Made by a program: the position numbers and the translations under genes
The notes under the pieces: model-generated
What the model saw: only the letters and a program-made list of their open reading frames with translations
What the model was told of the DNA's origin: nothing
Database searches by the model: none
Source of the DNA: an uncultured Chloroflexota bacterium
Lineage (GTDB): Bacteria; Chloroflexota; Limnocylindria; Limnocylindrales; Limnocylindraceae
Direction of reading: 5' to 3'
Assembly: GCA_903864185.1 (NCBI GenBank)
Contig: CAIPEX010000032.1
Coordinates: 2,686-66,685 of the forward strand
DNA: 64,000 bases
Part shown: positions 56,864-64,000 of the stretch, piece by piece
Position numbering within the stretch: position 1 is the stretch's first letter
How the letters are laid out: every line of letters begins with the position of its first letter

Positions 56864-57817
56864 GTGATCCATACCATGCACCTCCCCGACGGCTTCCTCG
56901 CCCCCCAGCTGGCGCTCGCCCTCTGGGTTGCCACGGCGGCGATCGTGGGCTTCGCGCTCCGTCGCCTGAGCGCATCGAGCGACGAGGCGAGTGCTGCGCA
57001 GCGACCGATCCTTATGGGGATCGTTGGCGCCTTCATCTTCGCCGCGCAACTCTTCAACTTCCCGGTGGCCGCTGGTACGAGTGGGCACCTGCTCGGCGGC
57101 GTGTTGGCCGGCTACCTCCTCGGGCCGTGGGCGGGAACGATCGTGATGACCACGGTCATCGGGATCCAGGCACTCATCTTTCAAGACGGCGGCCTTCTCG
57201 CGCTTGGCGCCAACATCTTCAATATGGGCATTATCGGTACGCTCGGTGGTGCGCTCGTTGCACGGAGCATTGCCACCGCGCTCGGCGGTAGTCGCGTTGC
57301 GACGATCGCAGCAGCAGGGGTAGCCGGCTGGCTCTCCGTAATGGCTGGTGCAGGTGTCACCACGCTACAGCTCGGCCTCTCGGGAACGACCGATGTGTCG
57401 ATTGGTCTCCCGGCAATGCTCGGCATTCATGCCTTAATCGGCATCGGCGAGGGGCTCATCACGATCGCTGCGCTCACGTTCATTGCAACAACTGCACCCG
57501 ACCTCCTCACGCTCGGCGCACCCACGCGCGCATCGGCAACGCGACGCATCCTTGTTGGCTCGGGAATTTCGCTCCTCGTTGCAGCGCTTGCCGCGCTCTT
57601 CGCTTCAGCCGACCCCGACGGGCTCCAGCGCGTTGCACTCACGCTCGGCTTTCATACCGCGGCAAACACGCCCCCATTTGAACTCTTCCCCGGCTATACG
57701 ATCCCCGGCATCGATAGCGCAACTGGGACGCTCCTTATTGCAGTAGTTGGCGTTGGCATCATCTTCACAGCGATCCTGCTCTTAAGCCGCATCGCAGCGC
57801 GTCGAGGTCGCCAGTAA
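56864..57817 (+). CDS. cbiMN: Fused CbiM-CbiN (NikMN-type) ECF transporter substrate-capture component for Co/Ni
   Basis: N-terminal MHLPDGFL CbiM signature; C-terminal about 100 aa CbiN-like 2-TM module. Confidence 0.8.
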   Translation: MIHTMHLPDGFLAPQLALALWVATAAIVGFALRRLSASSDEASAAQRPILMGIVGAFIFAAQLFNFPVAAGTSGHLLGGVLAGYLLGPWAGTIVMTTVIGIQALIFQDGGLLALGANIFNMGIIGTLGGALVARSIATALGGSRVATIAAAGVAGWLSVMAGAGVTTLQLGLSGTTDVSIGLPAMLGIHALIGIGEGLITIAALTFIATTAPDLLTLGAPTRASATRRILVGSGISLLVAALAALFASADPDGLQRVALTLGFHTAANTPPFELFPGYTIPGIDSATGTLLIAVVGVGIIFTAILLLSRIAARRGRQ

Positions 57818-58596
57818 TGGCACGCGTCCCAGGACAGGTCGACGCGCGCGCCACGGTGATCGCCGCACTCGCCTTTATCCTTGCTGTTGCCCTCATGCCT
57901 GCAGGCGCCTACGTCGCGATGGCCGCCGCCTGGCTCCTTGTCGCAACTGCCGGAGCCCTGCGTGGCATTGCGCCGCTCACGCTCGCGCGGCGCGGTGGCA
58001 TCGTCTTCCCATTTGTTCTGGCCGCACTTCCGTTGATCTTCATTCGAAGTGATGAGGTGATTTGGGAGGGGCTCGTCGGCCCGTTCTCGCTCCACGTTTC
58101 GGGCGTCGGGCTGCGCATCGCGCTGAGCGCCCTGCTCAAGGCATGGATCAGCGTGCAGGCGTCGATCGTGCTCGTGGCGACGGCAGATGCCCCCACGATC
58201 GTTGTGGCGCTCCGCCGCATGCGCCTCCCTGATGCGATCGCCACGAGTGCTGGCTTGACGATTCGCTACCTCGAGCTCCTCCGCGACGAGGCTCAGCGCA
58301 TGCTGCGTGCTCGCGCCGCACGCTCGGTCAGCCCCGTGGGGGTTGGCGGCGAGCGGGTCGGCGGAAGCATCGCCTGGCGCGCACGCACCACGGGGAACCT
58401 TGTTGGTTCGCTCTTCTTGCGCGCCTATGCGCGTGCGGCACGGGTCGAAGAGGCGGCACTCTCGCGCGGCGCAACGGGCTCACTCTCAACGGGATCCCTC
58501 CCCACTGCCGATCGCTATCTCGGCGTGAAGGTGGTCGCTGCGGTAACACTCCTCCTCGCGCTCAGCGCATTCGGTCAAGTCGTGCCGCGGCTGTAA
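57817..58596 (+). CDS. cbiQ: ECF transporter T component CbiQ
   Basis: 259 aa CbiQ-fold; start overlaps the cbiMN stop (TAATG). Confidence 0.8.
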   Translation: MARVPGQVDARATVIAALAFILAVALMPAGAYVAMAAAWLLVATAGALRGIAPLTLARRGGIVFPFVLAALPLIFIRSDEVIWEGLVGPFSLHVSGVGLRIALSALLKAWISVQASIVLVATADAPTIVVALRRMRLPDAIATSAGLTIRYLELLRDEAQRMLRARAARSVSPVGVGGERVGGSIAWRARTTGNLVGSLFLRAYARAARVEEAALSRGATGSLSTGSLPTADRYLGVKVVAAVTLLLALSAFGQVVPRL

Positions 58597-58602
58597 GGTC
58601 AT

Positions 58603-59412
58603 GTGATGAGCGACCAACACGAACACGTGCACAGCCACCCTGGAACACCGGTCCCCCACGCGCATGCGCACGACCATGCACATGCCGCGCCGCTCCTCCC
58701 CACCGGAGACGGCACGGTTGCGATCACCCATCTCCACTTCCGCTACCCCGACGGCACTGAGGCGTTGCGCGGGATCGATCTTGCAATTGCTGGCGGTGAG
58801 AAGGTTGCGCTGCTCGGGCCGAATGGTGCCGGCAAGAGCACCCTCATGCTGCACCTCAACGGCATTCATCGGCCCGCACACGGCAGCGTGCATGTTGCAG
58901 GCTTGCTTGTTGGTAAGGAGACGATCGGTCGCGTTCGCGCTGAGGTTGGACTTGTCTTCCAGGATCCAGACGACCAACTCTTTAGCCCGACCGTCTGGGA
59001 CGACGTCGCCTTTGGCCCAACGCATATGGGGCTGGAGCCCGTAGCGATTCATGATCGCGTCGAAGCGGCACTCGCCGCCGTCGGTGCGCTCGACCTTGCG
59101 ACGCGCGCGCCGATGCGCCTCTCGATCGGTCAACGTAAGCGCGTAGCGCTTGCCACCGTCCTCGCGATGAACCCGAGCATCCTCGTCTTTGACGAGCCGT
59201 CGGCGGGCCTCGATCCGCGCGGTCGCCGCGAGCTCATCGAGCTCCTCACATCACTGACGCAGACGCTCATCGTGAGCACACACGATCTTGAGCTCGCCCG
59301 CGCTGCATTTGCGCGCAGCATCGTGGTCGATGGTGGCGTGATCGTTGCAGATGGTCCCACCGCCGAGATCCTCGGCAATCGCGAGCTCTTGCTCGCGCAC
59401 GGTCTCGCCTAA
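58603..59412 (+). CDS. cbiO: ECF transporter ATPase CbiO with His-rich N-terminal extension
   Basis: Walker [18 protein letters not shown] signature and [10 protein letters not shown]; N-terminus [23 protein letters not shown]. Confidence 0.9.
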   Translation: MMSDQHEHVHSHPGTPVPHAHAHDHAHAAPLLPTGDGTVAITHLHFRYPDGTEALRGIDLAIAGGEKVALLGPNGAGKSTLMLHLNGIHRPAHGSVHVAGLLVGKETIGRVRAEVGLVFQDPDDQLFSPTVWDDVAFGPTHMGLEPVAIHDRVEAALAAVGALDLATRAPMRLSIGQRKRVALATVLAMNPSILVFDEPSAGLDPRGRRELIELLTSLTQTLIVSTHDLELARAAFARSIVVDGGVIVADGPTAEILGNRELLLAHGLA

Positions 59413-60686
59413 GAGCTCTTCTTCTTCCCTGCGCGCGCGGCCCGCAAGGTCGCAAGGTGGTCACGAAGTCGCGCCTCTCCCCCACTCCCCGACGGCTCAT
59501 AGAAGCGGGCCCCCTCGAGCCCATCAGGGAGATAGCGCTGCTCGAGATCGAACGGCTCGCCCTCGCCGTGTGGCGAGCGGTAGGTTTTTGCAGCCGCACG
59601 TAGGTGCCCCGGAACGGGGAGTTGCCCGCGCGTCGCGATCATCTCGCGCGCCGCACCGAGTGCCTCGCCGGCGCGTGGCGACTTTGGTGCAGCGGCGAGA
59701 TACGTCACCGCTTGTGCGAGGGCCCAGTCACACTCGGGCGATCCCGCAAGTTCGACAACCTGCGCTGCTGCAGCGGCGAGTGGGAGTGCGGCGGGGTCGG
59801 CGTTACCAACATCCTCCGATGCAGAGACGAGAAGTCGACGCGCAATAACGCGCGGATCTTCGCCGCCCTCCAGCGCCGTTGCAAGCCACCAGATCGCCGC
59901 GTCGGGATCGTTGCCGCGAATGCTCTTGATGAGCGCAGAGGTGACGCCCGACTGATCGTATGGAAGGCTGCGATCTTGCGCAGCGATGAGCACCTCGTTC
60001 GGGGTGACGGGTTTACCGCGTGGCGTCATGAGTGCCGAGAGTTCGAGCAGGGTGAGCAGTCGGCGCGCATCACCCGATGCGTAGCCGACGAGCTGTCGCC
60101 GTGCATCGTCATCAACCTGCAACGTGCCGGCGTATCCGCGCGCATCATCGAGTGCGCGCTGCAGCAGGAGCTCTAGATCATCGTTGCCGAGTGGCGCGAG
60201 TCGGAAGGTCCGCAATCGAGAAAGCAACGCCGGAGAAATAGCGCGCGGGGGCGGCTCGGTCGTTGCGCCAACCAGGATGATCGTTCCCGCCTCGACATGC
60301 GGCAGGAGGGCATCTTGCTGCGTGCGACTAAAGCGATGCAGCTCATCGATGAAGAGGAGCGTCTGCTCGCCATGTGCGCGGCGCTCGACTGCTGCTGCAA
60401 CTGCCTTGCGTACTTCGGCGACGCCGTCGCTTGTGGCAGAGAGGCTCGTTGGCACGGCACGCACCGCAGCCGCAATCACGGCGGCGAGGGTCGACTTCCC
60501 ACTCCCTGGTGGCCCCCAGAGAAGGAGCGACGGGACTTCGCCACGGTCGAGGAGGCGCCGCAACGGCGCACCTGGTCCAACCAGGGCGACCTGGCCAACG
60601 ACCTCATCGAGGCTCGTTGGGCGCATGCGCGCCGCCAGCGGAGATGCGGGGGCGAGGGCGCCGAGGAGGGTCTGCTTCTCTTCCAT
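59409..60686 (-). CDS. rarA: Replication-associated recombination protein A (AAA+ ATPase)
   Basis: Walker A GPPGSGKST and the RarA C-terminal domain. Confidence 0.9.
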   Translation of the reverse strand: MEEKQTLLGALAPASPLAARMRPTSLDEVVGQVALVGPGAPLRRLLDRGEVPSLLLWGPPGSGKSTLAAVIAAAVRAVPTSLSATSDGVAEVRKAVAAAVERRAHGEQTLLFIDELHRFSRTQQDALLPHVEAGTIILVGATTEPPPRAISPALLSRLRTFRLAPLGNDDLELLLQRALDDARGYAGTLQVDDDARRQLVGYASGDARRLLTLLELSALMTPRGKPVTPNEVLIAAQDRSLPYDQSGVTSALIKSIRGNDPDAAIWWLATALEGGEDPRVIARRLLVSASEDVGNADPAALPLAAAAAQVVELAGSPECDWALAQAVTYLAAAPKSPRAGEALGAAREMIATRGQLPVPGHLRAAAKTYRSPHGEGEPFDLEQRYLPDGLEGARFYEPSGSGGEARLRDHLATLRAARAGKKKSS

Positions 60687-60737
60687 TCCCCGATCATCGC
60701 ACCCTCGACGCCACTCTCGGGTACGCTGATCGGACAG

Positions 60738-61952
60738 ATGCCCACTTTCTCCGAACTTGGACTAGCCCCTGAGATCCTGCGAGCCGTCGAAGGCGAGGGA
60801 TACACCGAGCCGACCCCAATTCAAGCGCAGGCGATCCCGCATGTCCTCGCTGGGCGCGACCTCCTCGGCGCAGCGCAGACCGGCACCGGGAAGACCGCCG
60901 CGTTCGTCCTCCCGATCTTGCATCTCCTCAAACCGTTCGCCACCCCATCGCCGAGCCCGGCCCGCCACCCCGTGCGCGCCCTCGTGCTCACCCCAACACG
61001 CGAGCTCGCCGTGCAGATCTCTGAGAATGCTGCCGCCTACGGTAAGTACCTCCCGCTCCGCAGCGGCGTGGTCTACGGCGGCGTACCGATGCCGCCCCAG
61101 CAGAAGATGCTCATGGCCGGCGTTGAGATCCTCATCGCAACTCCTGGTCGCCTCCTTGATCACGCTGGCAGCAAGACGGTGAACCTTTCACAAGTGTCGA
61201 TCCTCGTCCTCGACGAGGCCGATCGCATGCTCGACATGGGCTTCATGCCCGACCTGAAGCGCATCCTTGCGCTGATTCCGAAGAAGCGTCACACGCTCCT
61301 CTTCTCGGCAACATTCTCCGAGCCGATTCGTGCGCTCGCACAAGACTTCCTCATCAATCCAGTAACGGTTGAGGTTGCACGGCGTAACCAGACGAACGAG
61401 AACGTACGCCAGGTGATCATGGCGGTCGACGATCGTCGACGTCGTGCGCTGCTCAGCGATCTCTTGCGCACGCGGCCGTGGGAGCAGGCACTCGTCTTCG
61501 TCAATCGAAAGGTTGAAGCGAATCGACTTGGTGACTTCCTCCATCGCGACGGTCACACCGTCGTTGAGATCCACGGCGATAAGGATCAGAAACAGCGCAA
61601 CAAGGCGCTCGCCGCATTCAAGGCGGGCGAGGCGCGCGTGATGGTTGCCACCGACGTCGCTGCGCGCGGCCTCGACATCGAGGGGCTACCTGCGGTCATC
61701 AACTACGAGCTCCCGTTTGACCCTGAAGACTACGTGCACCGCATCGGCCGAACCGGCCGTGCTGGCGCACTCGGCGAGGCGGTGAGCCTCGTTGCACCCG
61801 ACGAGATGGAGAAGCTCACGCTGGTGCGCAAGCTCACGAAGGCCGGACTCCACATGGAGATCCCACTCGGCTACGAGCCGATCTTGCTCGACTTCCCGAA
61901 GGACTTGATCGCGAAGGCGCAGATGGTGCGCCTGCAGCGGGGGCGCCGCTAA
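60738..61952 (+). CDS. DEAD-box ATP-dependent RNA helicase
   Basis: Q-motif, AQTGTGKT, DEAD, SAT and HRIGRTGRAG; internal ATG 60738 chosen within ORF 60297..61952. Confidence 0.9.
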   Translation: MPTFSELGLAPEILRAVEGEGYTEPTPIQAQAIPHVLAGRDLLGAAQTGTGKTAAFVLPILHLLKPFATPSPSPARHPVRALVLTPTRELAVQISENAAAYGKYLPLRSGVVYGGVPMPPQQKMLMAGVEILIATPGRLLDHAGSKTVNLSQVSILVLDEADRMLDMGFMPDLKRILALIPKKRHTLLFSATFSEPIRALAQDFLINPVTVEVARRNQTNENVRQVIMAVDDRRRRALLSDLLRTRPWEQALVFVNRKVEANRLGDFLHRDGHTVVEIHGDKDQKQRNKALAAFKAGEARVMVATDVAARGLDIEGLPAVINYELPFDPEDYVHRIGRTGRAGALGEAVSLVAPDEMEKLTLVRKLTKAGLHMEIPLGYEPILLDFPKDLIAKAQMVRLQRGRR

Positions 61953-62377
61953 GCGCTCGCGTCGATCCGTCGCAGGAGATCCATCACGCGAATCTCCAGT
62001 TCGTCCCGCACCTCTCGATAGACGGCACGCTGCTCCTCTTCGCTCCCCGTGGCCTTGGATGGGTCGGGGAGTGACCAGTGCTCGCGAGCGCCAGCGTTCG
62101 GGAAGGTCGGGCACGCATCATTCGCCGCATCGCACACGGTGACGACATAGTCGAACGGCTCGTCGATAAATCGCTCAAGGGTCTTGCTCGTTTGCGCAGA
62201 TGCGTCGATCCCCAACTCAGAGAGCACCTGCAGGGCAAGCGGCCGAACGAGGGTGGCGACGGTTCCGGCGCTCTCAACATCGATCCTCCCCTCACTTCGA
62301 GCACGCAGGAGTGCCTCAGCCATCTGCGAGCGGGCGGAGTTATGCGTGCAGAGAAAGAGAACGCGCACACGTGCCAT
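61949..62377 (-). CDS. arsC: Arsenate reductase (LMW-PTP family, thioredoxin-coupled) / low-molecular-weight phosphotyrosine phosphatase
   Basis: LFLCTHNSARSQMAEA P-loop (CX5R) and downstream Cys residues. Confidence 0.75.
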   Translation of the reverse strand: MARVRVLFLCTHNSARSQMAEALLRARSEGRIDVESAGTVATLVRPLALQVLSELGIDASAQTSKTLERFIDEPFDYVVTVCDAANDACPTFPNAGAREHWSLPDPSKATGSEEEQRAVYREVRDELEIRVMDLLRRIDASA

Positions 62378-62418
62378 GCACCGATGATACCGCAGCCCGA
62401 ATACGCGATACTCCCCCT

Positions 62419-63432
62419 ATGCGCGCACGTATTGCTGGTCTGCTTGGGCGACTCGTCCGCCTCGTACTCATCCTTGCCCTCCTGCCACTCCTCATCGATC
62501 TTCCCGCCGGAACAGCGACAACGCGTTCGGCACTGATCCCCACCGCCGCTGCACCGGCCGCGCGCGTCATCACCGTGAGCGGGCTTGAGACGGTCGTCGC
62601 AGAGGCGGGCGATGCAGCCGACCCTGCAGTTGTGCTGGTGCATGGCTTTGGCGGCAGCACGTTCGGTTGGCGCTCCGTCATGGAGCCGCTTGCGGCGCAG
62701 GGATGGCACGTGGTTGCACTCGACCTTCCTGGTTTTGGACTCTCAGAAAAAACCTGGTCGCGCAGCTACGCGCACGATGACCAGGCGCGCTTCGTCTTAG
62801 CAACGATGGATGCACTACACATTGAGCACGCCGTCGTTGTTGGACACAGCATGGGCGGAAACGTCGTCGCGTGGATGCGAGAACTTGCGCCAGCACGCAT
62901 CGACGGCGTTGCACTGATTGATGCTGCGATCGTTGAGCCAGTTGCAGCGAGTGGGGCGCCAGGCGCCGGAGCGTCGACGGCAACGATCCTCGCCGTCCCA
63001 CAGGTGCGCCGCATTGGACGCATTGCGCTGCGCTCACTCTTTAGCGACGCCCTGTTCGGCGAGCTGCTCAGCTCTGCCTTTGCCGTGAAGAGCGTCGCAA
63101 CGCCAACAACAATTGCGGGCTATGCGGCGAGCTCCCACCTAGAGAACTGGGACCTCGCCCTCCTCGGGATCGTTCGCGATGGCGCAGCGAACGCACTCCC
63201 TCGCTCGATCAGCGCAATCCTCGGCGACGCAGATGGCGGTGTCGATCTGCCGCCCGTGTTGATCCTCTGGGGGGCGGAAGACAGTTGGGTGCCGCTCGAT
63301 CGCGGGGCTGCGCTCCATGCGGCACTTCCGCAGGCCGACTACGTGGTGCTCCCGGGCCTCGGCCACGTGCCGTTTGAAGAGGATCCAGCAGGCTTCGTTA
63401 CAGCCCTCGGCGACTGGCTCGCCGCACGATAG
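62419..63432 (+). CDS. Alpha/beta hydrolase with N-terminal signal/anchor
   Basis: HGFGGS, GHSMGG nucleophile elbow and C-terminal GHVPFEE; internal ATG 62419. Confidence 0.7.
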   Translation: MRARIAGLLGRLVRLVLILALLPLLIDLPAGTATTRSALIPTAAAPAARVITVSGLETVVAEAGDAADPAVVLVHGFGGSTFGWRSVMEPLAAQGWHVVALDLPGFGLSEKTWSRSYAHDDQARFVLATMDALHIEHAVVVGHSMGGNVVAWMRELAPARIDGVALIDAAIVEPVAASGAPGAGASTATILAVPQVRRIGRIALRSLFSDALFGELLSSAFAVKSVATPTTIAGYAASSHLENWDLALLGIVRDGAANALPRSISAILGDADGGVDLPPVLILWGAEDSWVPLDRGAALHAALPQADYVVLPGLGHVPFEEDPAGFVTALGDWLAAR

Positions 63433-63457
63433 CCCCCTCCAGGCGGGGGGATGGGGT

Positions 63458-63532
63458 TGGCTGGCGCGCTAGGATTCGAACCTAGGATCCCCTGCTCCAG
63501 AGGCAGGTGCCTTACCGCTTGGCCACGCGCCA
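63458..63532 (-). tRNA. tRNA-Gln (anticodon CTG), CCA encoded
   Basis: Folded by hand from the reverse complement: acceptor 7 bp, D-arm, anticodon stem CCTGC/GCAGG with loop CTCTGGA, T-arm CTAGG-TTCGAAT-CCTAG, discriminator G, CCA. Confidence 0.8.
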
Positions 63533-63604
63533 ACGGCTGCGATCGTACCCCAGCAGGCGCTCCACGTCAGCAGAAGCGCGGGAGATCGTCCACACTACGC
63601 CCCA

Positions 63605-64000
63605 TGCCAAAGCGCAGCACTGCACGAACCGCCGCGAAGCAGCCTGACGGGATCTTCACCCCTGCGCAGCGGCGCACCCTTGCCGCCCTTGCTGAAGGGT
63701 TCGTTGCAGGTGGCGGCCCCAAGCGCGCTGCGGCGGCCGAACAGGCACTCGCGACCGTCGTCGACCCGAGCCTCCACGGCCAGCTCCGGCTCATCCTCAA
63801 TCTCCTCGACTCTCGTACTGGGGCACTGATGATCGGTGGCGTGGCTGCGCCGTTCCGCACACTCACGGGCGTGCAGCGCGACACCTTCCTTCGGCGCTGG
63901 GTACAACATCCTGTTCCGCTCATGCGCTCTGGTGCCGCCGTCTTCCGGAAGCTGCTCGCCTTCATCGCGTATTCCGACGCAGAGGAGCCGGCCGACGGGA
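63605..64000 (+). CDS. Hypothetical protein, N-terminal 132 codons (runs off window end)
   Basis: Open frame from ATG 63605 with no stop to the window end; codon usage consistent with coding; no family assigned. Confidence 0.3.

Noticed and set aside
56813-57184. Upstream extension of the Fur-family ORF to 274 aa (TTG start) across cbiMN
   Set aside because: Fur homology starts at MTTPVTS; the extension would overlap the divergent cbiMN gene and the intergenic operator.
58603-58700. His-codon-rich stretch at the cbiO 5' end considered as a possible repeat or low-complexity non-coding element
   Set aside because: It is in-frame with the ATPase and encodes a His-rich peptide; reported under the cbiO finding instead.
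63433-63604. tRNA-Gln region considered as an integration hotspot (attachment site) for a mobile element
   Set aside because: No integrase, direct repeat of the tRNA 3' end, or foreign-looking genes are visible on either side within the window.
1-64000. CRISPR arrays, IS elements, prophage, toxin-antitoxin or restriction-modification modules
   Set aside because: No repeat-spacer periodicity, transposase, integrase, recombinase or nuclease/methylase signatures were found on either strand; every large ORF is accounted for by metabolic or housekeeping functions.

Overview
This is a 64 kb, roughly 70% GC, gene-dense chromosomal segment of the high-GC Gram-positive (Actinomycetota-like) type. I identify about 64 protein-coding genes and one tRNA-Gln(CUG) with an encoded CCA. 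I see no transposases, integrases, CRISPR arrays, phage genes or long repeats, so the window looks like core chromosome rather than an accessory island.

Identified content:
- Lipoate and 2-oxoacid metabolism: lipA (partial), lpd, and a lone homodimeric pyruvate dehydrogenase E1 (aceE).
- Lipid genes: plsY, lgt and a GDPD phosphodiesterase.
- DNA repair and RNA: mutY, a DnaQ-like exonuclease, rarA and a DEAD-box helicase.
- Central metabolism: fumC, pfk, mdh, proS and gltX.
- A coenzyme F420 locus: an LLM oxidoreductase, a PPOX-class protein, an Fgd-like G6PD, cofD and an apparent cofC-cofE fusion.
- A polyphosphate locus: a DUF971 gene, ppk1, a CYTH gene, ppx and sixA.
- A partial Suf operon: sufB, sufD and a Rieske gene.
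- Metal homeostasis genes: an IdeR/DtxR regulator, a VIT1/CCC1 transporter, an FTR1 permease with an ABC importer, and a Fur/Nur-like regulator divergent from a CbiMN-Q-O ECF transporter.
- Two omega-amino acid catabolic clusters built from class-III aminotransferases, aldehyde dehydrogenases and a CoA-transferase.

Many adjacent genes overlap by 4 nt (GTGA/ATGA), which suggests translational coupling. The most unusual items are the CofC-CofE fusion lacking the FbiB nitroreductase domain, the conserved actinobacterial phosphatase/DUF3090/SCO1664 triad joined to fumC-pfk, the DUF971-ppk1-CYTH operon, and a Suf operon that ends after the Rieske gene with a VIT1 transporter in place of sufCSU. 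I did not find a clear-cut new multi-gene defence or mobile system; candidates are ranked in the findings. Start coordinates I re-derived by hand may be off by 1 nt.
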